NCBI GenBank assembly: GCA_049599475.1
Contig: JBMYOQ010000100.1
Location: 1-13,242, forward strand
DNA: 13,242 nucleotides
Direction: 5' to 3'
DNA from: Opitutales bacterium
GTDB taxonomy: Bacteria > Verrucomicrobiota > Verrucomicrobiia > Opitutales > JABSRG01
Numbering within the stretch: the stretch's first letter is position 1; the number at the start of each line of letters is the position of its first letter. Below the pieces are notes generated by a model. It worked only from the letters and a program-made list of their open reading frames with translations, had not been told where the DNA came from and made no database searches. Positions 1 to 7,352 of the stretch are shown in pieces. Both the position numbers and the translations under genes were made by a program.

Positions 1-39
1 TCCATTTGCAGAATACGCAGAGAGTAAACGAAAAGACTT

Positions 40-261
40 TTGAGAAACGGTCTAATTGTTATTTTCAAATCAGGTGAAGCTCTTGAAAATTCGCTTTTCG
101 AATCGTTCCAGAAATGGCTGAAAGTTCGGCCAGACTTCAGAATCGGAATTCCATTTGGCGATGATGCGAATTCGTCAATTGAGATCTATGATGATTGTAT
201 AAAAGCTGGATGTAATTTGGAATCGATTGAAATTAGCTATCTTAAATCCTTACTCGGGTAG
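40..261 (+). CDS. Small hypothetical protein, or the C-terminal part of a frameshifted gene
   Basis: 73-aa ORF with a TTG start that overlaps (TTGA) the stop of a frame-2 ORF entering from the window edge (2-43, PFAEYAESKRKDF*). No recognisable motif. Confidence 0.4.
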   Translation: MRNGLIVIFKSGEALENSLFESFQKWLKVRPDFRIGIPFGDDANSSIEIYDDCIKAGCNLESIEISYLKSLLG

Positions 262-374
262 TATGGCTGAATGCAGTTCGTGGATGGGTTGGAATCGCCC
301 ACAGTGAAAATCGATTGAATGCAGGATTGTCTTTAAACAGTTTCCTGTCTCTATGTCGCTCATATTGATAAGCT

Positions 375-908
375 ATGGCTGAATACCCTGAGAATATAGA
401 GTTCGAGATAGATAGGTTGCGCTTAAAGAGATACTTGAGAATTTCATGGTTATTCAAATGGATTATTGGTGTAGGTGGCACAGGTGCGTTTATATCAATC
501 TTTCCGTTTCTTCAATGTATTGAAAATCGCATGCATTTGGGCGAAGCCACGAATTATGCTATTTCAATAAATTTGGGTGCGTTGCTCTTATCTGTCGTCT
601 GTTATTCTATAAGCAGTCACTTCCGAGCAGCTCAGCTTGCAAAATCGTTAAAGCTTCGAGTCGAGGGCGCATTCTTGGTCCTTAATTCGGAGATTGGGCT
701 GACAAAGGGGATGAGAAGGCTCCATTTTAGGGCCGTAACTGATTTTGCAGTCCGAGAGACCTTTCTTATGGAAAAGTTCGGGGTCAAAGAACTCGTGATC
801 AATACAACTGCCTCACCTCCCAATTCAATTCTAGCTATTCCTGGTTTGATAGACTGTAATCACGTTTGTGTAGATTTGTCTAAGATTGATAGTGAACGGG
901 AGAAGTAA
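375..908 (+). CDS. Membrane protein with two N-terminal TM segments and a C-terminal bacterial PH-like (bPH_2/YdbS-type) domain
   Basis: Hydrophobic stretches WLFKWIIGVGGTGAFISIFPF and AISINLGALLLSVVCYSIS. The C-terminal pattern 'LHFRAVTDFAVRETFLMEKFGVKELVINTTAS...LAIPGL' resembles bPH_2 domains. Confidence 0.65.
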   Translation: MAEYPENIEFEIDRLRLKRYLRISWLFKWIIGVGGTGAFISIFPFLQCIENRMHLGEATNYAISINLGALLLSVVCYSISSHFRAAQLAKSLKLRVEGAFLVLNSEIGLTKGMRRLHFRAVTDFAVRETFLMEKFGVKELVINTTASPPNSILAIPGLIDCNHVCVDLSKIDSEREK

Positions 909-920
909 TTATTCAACAAT

Positions 921-2003
921 TTGAAATCGGTGAAACACTTCTGTTTATTTTTCTGCTGCATGTTCGCTTTCGTGGGTTGCGATCAAAATTTTTCCATTGA
1001 GAGGCCCAAGTCGGCAAAATCTGCTGAAAATATCGATGCTGCCGAAATGATCGAAGCTAAGTCTCTGGTTGAAGCTACCTCTGATTTTCACAATGAACTA
1101 GAACAATTGTGTGGAGGAATTCGGAATGCTTTCGAGGCAAGAGATTTCGATTTTCTTGAAGATAGTGCGCTCAAGTTTATCGAATCAAAAGCCCTCTTAG
1201 ATGATGGCTCTTGGTCAATCACACGTTTTCATGAAGCTCTTGGAAGACGACCAGGACGTAGCGAACCTCAATTTCAAGCGGACCTGCAGATTCTCAAAGA
1301 ATGGGAGACCGAATTTCCTAATTCACTAACCGCTAAGGTTGCTAAAATTGATTTTTTGACTGACTACGCTTGGTTTGCTAGAGGCGGTGGTTATTCGAAT
1401 ACCGTAACCGATGAAGGCTGGAAATTAATGGGTGAGCGACTGATGGAGGCTTGGAAGATAATTCAGACCGCCGTAGATCATGAAGGGAAAAATCCCTACC
1501 TGTATGAAATCGCGATCAAGGTTGCGATGGGGTTGAGCGTCGATGCGAGAATTTACTCAGAGCTGCTCACAATGTCTCGTGAGAATTTTCCCGGATATTA
1601 TCCCATTGAGGTACGGCGCGCGTATTCGCTGTTGCCAAGATGGCATGGTAGCGAGGGGGATTGGGAGCATTTTGCGGACGAAGCATCTGACGCAGCAGGT
1701 GACTTAGGCCCTGAAGTATATGCGCGTATTATTATGAACCAGAAGCGATTCTATGGGGATGTTTTTCGCGACTCAGCGGTTGAATGGGAAAAGGCCAAAG
1801 TCGGCCTTCTATCGCTAAATAAAAAATATCCCGAAGCAGTCGAAATCCAGAATTTTACTGCGTTCCTAGCCGTCCAAGGTCGCGACCGTGAATTGGCATC
1901 AGAATATTTCGATAAGCTTGGAGATCAATACGTCAAAAAGGTATGGAGCAAGCCTGAGCGATTCGTCCACTACAGAACCTGGGCGAAGACTGGCCGTTGG
2001 TAG
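921..2003 (+). CDS. Putative lipoprotein with a DUF4034-like helical domain
   Basis: 360-aa ORF with a signal peptide ending in a lipobox-like FVG|C. Motifs 'AWFARGGGYSNTVTDEGW' and 'LLPRWHGS' are characteristic of DUF4034 proteins. Confidence 0.75.
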   Translation: MKSVKHFCLFFCCMFAFVGCDQNFSIERPKSAKSAENIDAAEMIEAKSLVEATSDFHNELEQLCGGIRNAFEARDFDFLEDSALKFIESKALLDDGSWSITRFHEALGRRPGRSEPQFQADLQILKEWETEFPNSLTAKVAKIDFLTDYAWFARGGGYSNTVTDEGWKLMGERLMEAWKIIQTAVDHEGKNPYLYEIAIKVAMGLSVDARIYSELLTMSRENFPGYYPIEVRRAYSLLPRWHGSEGDWEHFADEASDAAGDLGPEVYARIIMNQKRFYGDVFRDSAVEWEKAKVGLLSLNKKYPEAVEIQNFTAFLAVQGRDRELASEYFDKLGDQYVKKVWSKPERFVHYRTWAKTGRW

Positions 2004-2422
2004 TATTGTCGAATGGCATTGCGGAATGTTGATGGCTTCCTTTTGGCTATTTGGGCAGATTTGAGGCTGTATGGCAGAGGGTTGGTGATCGTGCTGCGCG
2101 TAGTCCATAAATATCTTAAATCCTTTTCAATTTACAAGATTACTTCCCGCCACCTTTGGGGTTATGCTCCTATCACTATTATCAAAGAAGATGTCATTTT
2201 ATGCCGGATTTTGCCAGATTTCTTATTTCTTTGAAAAATCTAATTATCAAATAAAGTATTGATAGATAGTGTTTTAAGAGGTTTTACTTGCCCCATGAAA
2301 GCGATTAAGAAGACGGGTTCAACTCCCGCCAAATTCAAGAAATTGTGGTGAGGTTTAGGGAGAAGGCTGAAGAATTCTTTTAGACGTTAAAAATGGATAA
2401 TCGGAGTAGATCATCCGCATTA

Positions 2423-2455
2423 GTCTAATAGTGGCACGGAGTGCCGCATTTAGAC
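2423..2455. promoter_or_regulatory. Inverted repeat or hairpin upstream of the alpA-int operon
   Basis: GTCTAA-ta-GTGGCAC-gga-GTGCCGC-at-TTAGAC forms a 6-bp plus 7-bp stem ending 22 bp before the alpA ATG. Confidence 0.45.
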
Positions 2456-2477
2456 ATAACTCTAGATAGAAAAGCCT

Positions 2478-2690
2478 ATGAATGCACAACCTCCTGAATC
2501 CCTCATTAGTCTCAAAACCGTCGCTTCGCGGCTTTCGCTTTCGACCCGAGCTGTTTATCGCCTTATTGCTTCCGGAAACTTTCCGCGTCCGGTCAAAGTC
2601 GGCGGGGCCACGCGATTTTATTCTAGCGATTTAGATGCATACTTGAGTCGACTCAAAGTTCAAAGTTCTACAGTCTCTGAAGGTAAATGA
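2478..2690 (+). CDS. AlpA-family / HTH_17 excisionase-like DNA-binding protein (recombination directionality factor)
   Basis: 'LISLKTVASRLSLSTRAVYRLIASGNFPRPVKVGGATRFYSSDLDAYL' is the typical AlpA winged-HTH signature. ATGA overlap (2687-2690) with the integrase. Confidence 0.9.
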   Translation: MNAQPPESLISLKTVASRLSLSTRAVYRLIASGNFPRPVKVGGATRFYSSDLDAYLSRLKVQSSTVSEGK

Positions 2691-3985
2691 TCGCGAATAT
2701 CTACAGACCCAAACGGCAGCGAAACGGTAAGTCGGTAACCTCACGAAATTATCGTGGGCGTTATCGCTTGGATGGTGATTTTGCGGTTTCTGAGGTAGCA
2801 TTGAAGACCTCAGATAAGCGTGTTGCTGAAAAGAAACTGCAAGAGATCATCAAAGAAAAGCAGATGGAGCGTGATGGTATTATCGCCCCTGCAGCTCAGC
2901 GTAAAGCGGCCCAGAAGTCTTTATCAGAACATTTGGAGGATTTTGTAGCCGATCTTGAAGCGCTAAATCGCTCTAAGGTTTACGTGCGGCATATTCGAAG
3001 CCGCAATGGTCGGGTGTTCGTCGATTGCTCATGGAAGTTGCCGATTGATGTTTCGGCCGATAGTTTTGTAAACTGGCGTTCCAGGCAGGAAGATCTTTCC
3101 CCAAAGACACTGAATGAATACTTAAATGCTTTGAACGCTTTGCTGAACTGGATGGTTAAGCTCGGCCGGATTCCTGCAAATCCCCTGGCGCACGTTTCCA
3201 AGGCGGATTTGAGGGGAAAGCAGCAGCGTCGGCGTGCGCTCACCGAGGATGAGTTGCAAAGGCTTCTTAATGCATCTGGCCCGCGTCGACTGCTTTATAC
3301 CATGGCTTGCTATACCGGCTTTAGGCAAAATGAGCTCAGGCAGCTATGTTGGGGGGATCTGCATTTGGATGGTGACCGCCCGCATGTTCGAGCAAGAGCA
3401 TCTACTACTAAGAATGGGAAAGATGCGCTTATTCCGTTGCACCCAGAATTGGCCAGCGAGTTAAAGGCGGCGCAACCAACAGGGGCTAAGGAAGGCGAGC
3501 GGGTGTTTTACATCGATACTCATCCCGACCGGACTTTTGTGCGCGACCTCAAGAATGCGAAAGTGGAACGGTTTGATGGCTTAGGTCGAAAAGTCGACTT
3601 CCACGCACTGCGCTATACCTTTTGCACGATGTTGGCCCGAGAGGGAACATCTCAGCGTATGGCTCAAGAGCTCATGCGTCACAGTGATCCCCATCTGACG
3701 GCTCAGATTTATACTGATATCAGCCAGCTGCCGACCTTTGATGTGGTCTCAAAACTCCCATGGAGCACTCCTGATAAGGAAGGCGATGACCCACAAATAG
3801 ACCCACAAAATTTGTTCATTGATCGGCATGAGGTGTCTCAGTTTGGCAGTGAAGCTGTTGGCGGAAGTGTTGAGCAAATCCCTGATGATCAGGGTCTTAT
3901 GCAAGATTTTTCACAGCTTGTCGCGTCTGGTCACATGGCAAGGGCGGAGGGATTCGAACCCCCGACCGCCAGATTAGAAATCTGA
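2687..3985 (+). CDS. int: Tyrosine recombinase / phage-type integrase
   Basis: Catalytic set present: R (YTGFRQNE), K (TTKNGK), HxxR (FHALRYT), H (LMRHSD) and Y (QIYTD). Basic N-terminal arm-binding region. Adjacent to a tRNA. Confidence 0.95.
   Translation: MIANIYRPKRQRNGKSVTSRNYRGRYRLDGDFAVSEVALKTSDKRVAEKKLQEIIKEKQMERDGIIAPAAQRKAAQKSLSEHLEDFVADLEALNRSKVYVRHIRSRNGRVFVDCSWKLPIDVSADSFVNWRSRQEDLSPKTLNEYLNALNALLNWMVKLGRIPANPLAHVSKADLRGKQQRRRALTEDELQRLLNASGPRRLLYTMACYTGFRQNELRQLCWGDLHLDGDRPHVRARASTTKNGKDALIPLHPELASELKAAQPTGAKEGERVFYIDTHPDRTFVRDLKNAKVERFDGLGRKVDFHALRYTFCTMLAREGTSQRMAQELMRHSDPHLTAQIYTDISQLPTFDVVSKLPWSTPDKEGDDPQIDPQNLFIDRHEVSQFGSEAVGGSVEQIPDDQGLMQDFSQLVASGHMARAEGFEPPTARLEI
3788..3809 (+). 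repeat. Tandem direct repeat GACCCACAAA x2 (12-bp period); candidate integrase arm-type sites
   Basis: GACCCACAAA at 3788-3797 and 3800-3809, about 130 bp from the tRNA 3' end. Confidence 0.6.
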
Positions 3986-4012
3986 TGCTCTATCCGACTG
4001 AGCTACGCCCTC
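3936..4012 (-). tRNA. tRNA-Arg, anticodon TCT, with encoded CCA
   Basis: Reverse complement folds as a 77-nt cloverleaf: acceptor GAGGGCG/CGCCCTT, D arm GCTC/GAGC, anticodon arm TCAGA-TT(TCT)AA-TCTGG, T arm GGGGG-TTCGAAT-CCCTC, 3' G-CCA. Confidence 0.97.
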
Positions 4013-4192
4013 GTATTGTACGTGATGGGAATCAACGCAAGTTTGTGTGTATAGGGGTTCTTTTCGGATTGTCACCAGAATAATTGAGTAGGCATTGAAG
4101 GCGGAAATTTATGCCGTGGTGGTCTGTGTGGCGTGTAATTCTTCCCTAGCTTAGTGATTATGGGTTATCGTTATTGCTGCTAGTTTGTTGGT

Positions 4193-4205
4193 AATCAGCA
4201 GTTTA
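4193..4205 (+). promoter_or_regulatory. IHF-consensus site just upstream of the sigma-54 promoter
   Basis: AATCAG-CAGT-TTA matches WATCARNNNNTTR, in the position usual for IHF at sigma-54 promoters. Confidence 0.5.
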
Positions 4206-4210
4206 TGTAA

Positions 4211-4227
4211 CTGGCACCGGCGTTGCT
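4211..4227 (+). promoter_or_regulatory. Sigma-54 (RpoN) -24/-12 promoter of the flagellar operon
   Basis: CTGGCAC-CGGCG-TTGCT: GG at 4213-4214 and GC at 4225-4226 with exact N10 spacing, matching TGGCAC-N5-TTGCW. Confidence 0.85.
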
Positions 4228-4241
4228 ATGAGTTCTGGCCC

Positions 4242-4991
4242 ATGAATGTAGGTGTTTATCAAAGTGCTTCAGCCCTCACGAGTATCGAGGATTGGCAGGC
4301 CGTAACTTCGCGCAACATAGCATCCAGCACAACGAGTGGATATCGCGCTCAGAAAGTGGCCTTTGAGCCAGTGATGCGTGGCGTGGAAGACGGACAAAAG
4401 CCCAATGAAGATCTACGTGGGCAAATTTTCCCGGCTGTGCGGACGAGCCCTTCTAATGCCGCAGGGTCTTTGCGCCCTACACAAAACCCGCTTGATTTTG
4501 CGTTGAATGGCCAAGGCTTTTTTGAAGTTCAGACTGCAGATGGTCGCCCTTACTTTACGCGAGATGGTCAATTTAAGATCAGTGCAGAGGGCAGCCTGGT
4601 AGACAAGAATGGTAATGAAGTCCAGGGGATGGGGGGCCGCATCGATATCGATCCAGCAGGTGGCCCGTTCGCTGTAGATAAGGACGGAAACGTGACTCAA
4701 GGCGATGTCACTCTCGGGCAGCTCCGTATTATGGAAGTCGGTAATATGGAAAATATGCGCCAGTCTGATGCTGGATTTGAAGAGACCGAAATGGGCGCTG
4801 GAGGTATTCGTGAGAGCGAAGCCACTGAGGTCTTACAAGGATTTGTAGAGGGGAGCAACGTGTCTCCCATTAATGAAATGGTAAATCTGATACAGGCATC
4901 ACGAGCTTATCAGATGAATACAAAAGTTATCAAAGCTTACGATCAGCATTTGGAGAAATCGATCCAGCAGCTGGCACCCCCAATGAGATAA
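4242..4991 (+). CDS. flgF: Flagellar basal-body rod protein FlgF
   Basis: Rod motifs 'SRNIASSTTSGYR', 'TQNPLDFALNGQGFFEV', 'FTRDGQF' and 'QGFVEGSNVSPINEMVNLIQASRAYQ'. Lies directly before flgG. Start moved to ATG 4242 because the ORF-track extension overlaps the promoter. Confidence 0.88.
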   Translation: MNVGVYQSASALTSIEDWQAVTSRNIASSTTSGYRAQKVAFEPVMRGVEDGQKPNEDLRGQIFPAVRTSPSNAAGSLRPTQNPLDFALNGQGFFEVQTADGRPYFTRDGQFKISAEGSLVDKNGNEVQGMGGRIDIDPAGGPFAVDKDGNVTQGDVTLGQLRIMEVGNMENMRQSDAGFEETEMGAGGIRESEATEVLQGFVEGSNVSPINEMVNLIQASRAYQMNTKVIKAYDQHLEKSIQQLAPPMR

Positions 4992-5004
4992 ACCCGGAAT
5001 TAGC

Positions 5005-5787
5005 ATGAATCTATCCTTATATTCAGGTGCCACCGGTATGGAGGCACAACAGCTTAACCTCAATACCATCGCGAATAATATCGCGAATGTGAATACAACC
5101 GGTTTTAAGAAACAGAAGATCGAGTTTCAGGATCTTTTATACCAGGATGCACGTCCCGTCGGAGGTGATGCCGGGGGCGGAAATATTGTCCCAGCTGGGG
5201 TTGAGATGGGTAATGGTGCCCGCGTCGTATCGACGGCGCGTATCTTCACTCAAGGACAGCTCTCGCAGACCGGCGAAAAAATGGATATTGCGATCGACGG
5301 AGATGGATTTTTTGAAATACAGCGACCTGATGGTACGACTGCTTACACCCGAGATGGAGGCTTCAAGGTAGATGCGAATGGCCAGGTTGTGACGGCCGAT
5401 GGCTTCACTGTCTTGAGCGGGTTTGGGCAGATCCCAGCCAATGCAACCGGCGTAAGTGTCGCCCCGACCGGTGAAGTGACCGTGCAAACTGCGAATGGAG
5501 ATACCACCTTCAATATCCAGTTGTCTCGCTTCAACAATCCGAGTGGTTTACGGAGCCTCGGTGGCAATCTCTATGAAGAGACTGCTGCTAGTGGTGCACC
5601 GCAAACGGGAACTCCGGCCAATGATGGTCTGGGCAGCTTACGCCAGGGATTTTTAGAGACATCTAATGTAAATGTAGTCCAAGAGATGGTGAATATGATC
5701 GTGGCACAACGTGCCTACGAGATAAATTCAAAGTCTATCAAGACATCTGATGAGATGCTTGGGCAAGTGGGTAACCTTAAGAGATAA
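5005..5787 (+). CDS. flgG: Flagellar distal rod protein FlgG
   Basis: 260 aa; 'LYSGATGMEAQQ...ANNIANVNTTGFKK...EFQDLLYQ' and 'LETSNVNVVQEMVNMIVAQRAYEINSKSIKTSDEML'. Confidence 0.97.
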   Translation: MNLSLYSGATGMEAQQLNLNTIANNIANVNTTGFKKQKIEFQDLLYQDARPVGGDAGGGNIVPAGVEMGNGARVVSTARIFTQGQLSQTGEKMDIAIDGDGFFEIQRPDGTTAYTRDGGFKVDANGQVVTADGFTVLSGFGQIPANATGVSVAPTGEVTVQTANGDTTFNIQLSRFNNPSGLRSLGGNLYEETAASGAPQTGTPANDGLGSLRQGFLETSNVNVVQEMVNMIVAQRAYEINSKSIKTSDEMLGQVGNLKR

Positions 5788-5800
5788 GGTGATTGTATCC

Positions 5801-6661
5801 ATGAGAATTCTACAAAATTTGAGATCGTCTGCCATCTGTTTGGCAATTGCCGGGCTGGCAAATGTTGCAGCTGCAGACTCCCTCGCTTCCTTTCTTTCAG
5901 AGGTCAACCACGTGATTCGTTCAGAGGAGGGACGCATCGCCCAGCAACGCGCTGCCGAGAGAGTTGAGGAGCCTCCGGCAGCGCGTGCTCCGGCGGAGCC
6001 CGAGATCGCGGAGGAGCCTGAATTGATCTTTATTCAGGATATTGAATTGCTGTCGGTGCTACGTGAGGAGCTGGATAAGCATTACCAGCTAGATGGTGAT
6101 CTTCGGCTCACGCTACTGCGTCCTTGGAAAGCCCGCCGCGTGAGCTCACATAATTGGGATGTCGAGCTGGTGAAAGTCCCTGTGGATTCCCTGGAATCGG
6201 TTTCACTTGTGCGTTTTCGAATTTTAGACAATGGGCAGTTTGCCGGGGAATATTCGGTGACGCTGCGCTGTGAGCATTGGTTGGATGTATGGCATACTAC
6301 GCTCCCTATGGTAAGGCAGCAAGAGGTGTCACCTTCGCTTTTGGAGGCCCGTCGCATAGATGCCTTGAGTTCACGCCGAGACCTCATCTTGGCGTCGACA
6401 GATGTTTCTAAATATGAATTTCGTCAGTCGGTGGCGGGGGACCGTGCCTTGACTTGGAGGGACATATCGGTGCGCCCTCATGTGCGCCGTGGAGATGCGG
6501 TCGATGTGCTGGTAAGACGAGGTGCCATGGAAATCAGCATGCGGGGCACTGCACTGGAAAACGGCATCGAAGGTGACCTGATCACGATCCGCAACACAAA
6601 CTCTAACAAGAATTTCCAAGCACGCATTATTGCTGAAAGCCTAGTGCGTGTATTTCTGTAG
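5801..6661 (+). CDS. flgA: Flagellar P-ring formation chaperone FlgA
   Basis: Signal peptide and C-terminal 'VRRGDAVDVLVRRGAMEISMRGTALENGIEGDLITIRNTNSNK' FlgA motif. Located between flgG and flgH. ATG 5801 follows an SD-like AAGGTGA. Confidence 0.9.
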   Translation: MRILQNLRSSAICLAIAGLANVAAADSLASFLSEVNHVIRSEEGRIAQQRAAERVEEPPAARAPAEPEIAEEPELIFIQDIELLSVLREELDKHYQLDGDLRLTLLRPWKARRVSSHNWDVELVKVPVDSLESVSLVRFRILDNGQFAGEYSVTLRCEHWLDVWHTTLPMVRQQEVSPSLLEARRIDALSSRRDLILASTDVSKYEFRQSVAGDRALTWRDISVRPHVRRGDAVDVLVRRGAMEISMRGTALENGIEGDLITIRNTNSNKNFQARIIAESLVRVFL

Positions 6662-6662
6662 A

Positions 6663-7343
6663 ATGACACACGATCTCTTAAAACTATTTTCCGTAAAAGG
6701 ATGCATTATCCAAGAATCGCGATGCCTCTTAGGTATCGCTTTGATAGCTGGAGGGCTCTGCGTGAGCCCGTCACTTTCTTATGGAGAGTCCCTCTGGCTA
6801 AAGAAGTCTAATCGCGAGCGGAGTATGTTTGCAGATCCACGCGCATCTGCCGTTGGAGATTTGATCACGATACAGGTCGACGAAAGCACGTCTTCCACTT
6901 CGAGTCAGAGCACCTCGACAAGTAAGGCTTCCCAGGTAGACAATGCCGTAACGCAGTGGCTCTTCCCGATTGCTGCAAGTGGATTCGGCACGCACAATGG
7001 GGCTCTGCCGGGTACCAGCTTTGGGGGTACGAATTCTTTTGATGGCTCCGGATCAACTTCAAACACTAATGCAGTTTCAGCAAGGGCGACAGTGAGCGTG
7101 ATCGACCGCTTGCCAAACGGGAATTTAGTGATCGAGGGTGCGCGCCGCGTAACTTTCTCAGGTGAAAGCCAATGGGTCGTTCTGCGCGGGATCGTGCGTA
7201 CGGTAGACATTCGTTCGGATAACTCCGTGCTATCCAGCCGCATCGGGGATGCGAGCGTAGAATTTATCTCCAGTGGTGCACTTACAGAGGCTCAGCGTAA
7301 GGGCTGGCTCACACGCATTTACGATACGGTAAACCCCAATTAA
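6663..7343 (+). CDS. flgH: Flagellar L-ring protein FlgH
   Basis: 'MFADPRASAVGDLITIQVDES', 'VIDRLPNGNLVIEG', 'LRGIVRTVDIRSDNSVLSSRIGDA' and 'QRKGWLTR'. Start is uncertain; ATG 6663 was chosen. Confidence 0.93.
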   Translation: MTHDLLKLFSVKGCIIQESRCLLGIALIAGGLCVSPSLSYGESLWLKKSNRERSMFADPRASAVGDLITIQVDESTSSTSSQSTSTSKASQVDNAVTQWLFPIAASGFGTHNGALPGTSFGGTNSFDGSGSTSNTNAVSARATVSVIDRLPNGNLVIEGARRVTFSGESQWVVLRGIVRTVDIRSDNSVLSSRIGDASVEFISSGALTEAQRKGWLTRIYDTVNPN

Positions 7344-7352
7344 TCATTCTCC

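Larger units (their letters stand above)
1..3985. mobile_element. Right end of an integrative element or genomic island inserted at the 3' end of tRNA-Arg(TCT); left boundary lies outside the window
   Basis: AlpA-type excisionase and tyrosine integrase abut the 3' end of a tRNA gene. Upstream cargo is unrelated to the flagellar genes and visibly AT-richer (1-920, 2110-2290). No convincing second copy of the tRNA 3' end was found inside the window. Confidence 0.8.

Noticed and set aside
2071..2091. ATGGCAGAGGGTTGGTGATCG as a possible second att copy of the tRNA 3' end (ATGGCAAGGGCGGAGGGATTCG)
   Set aside because: Only about 10 bases align, with a gap, and the T arm is not preserved; too weak to call an island boundary.
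2013..2234. 73-aa plus-strand ORF after the lipoprotein gene
   Set aside because: No recognisable motif, and it runs into the AT-rich, repeat-containing spacer; probably spurious.
2432..2447. TGGCACG as a sigma-54 -24 box upstream of alpA
   Set aside because: No GC at the required N10 spacing; better explained as one arm of the hairpin.
4185..4241. N-terminal extension of flgF in the ORF track (similar extensions at 5750-5800 for flgA and 12646-12723 for the RAYT)
   Set aside because: The flgF and flgA extensions overlap the promoter or the upstream gene, and none of the three resembles the family N-terminus; downstream ATGs fit better.
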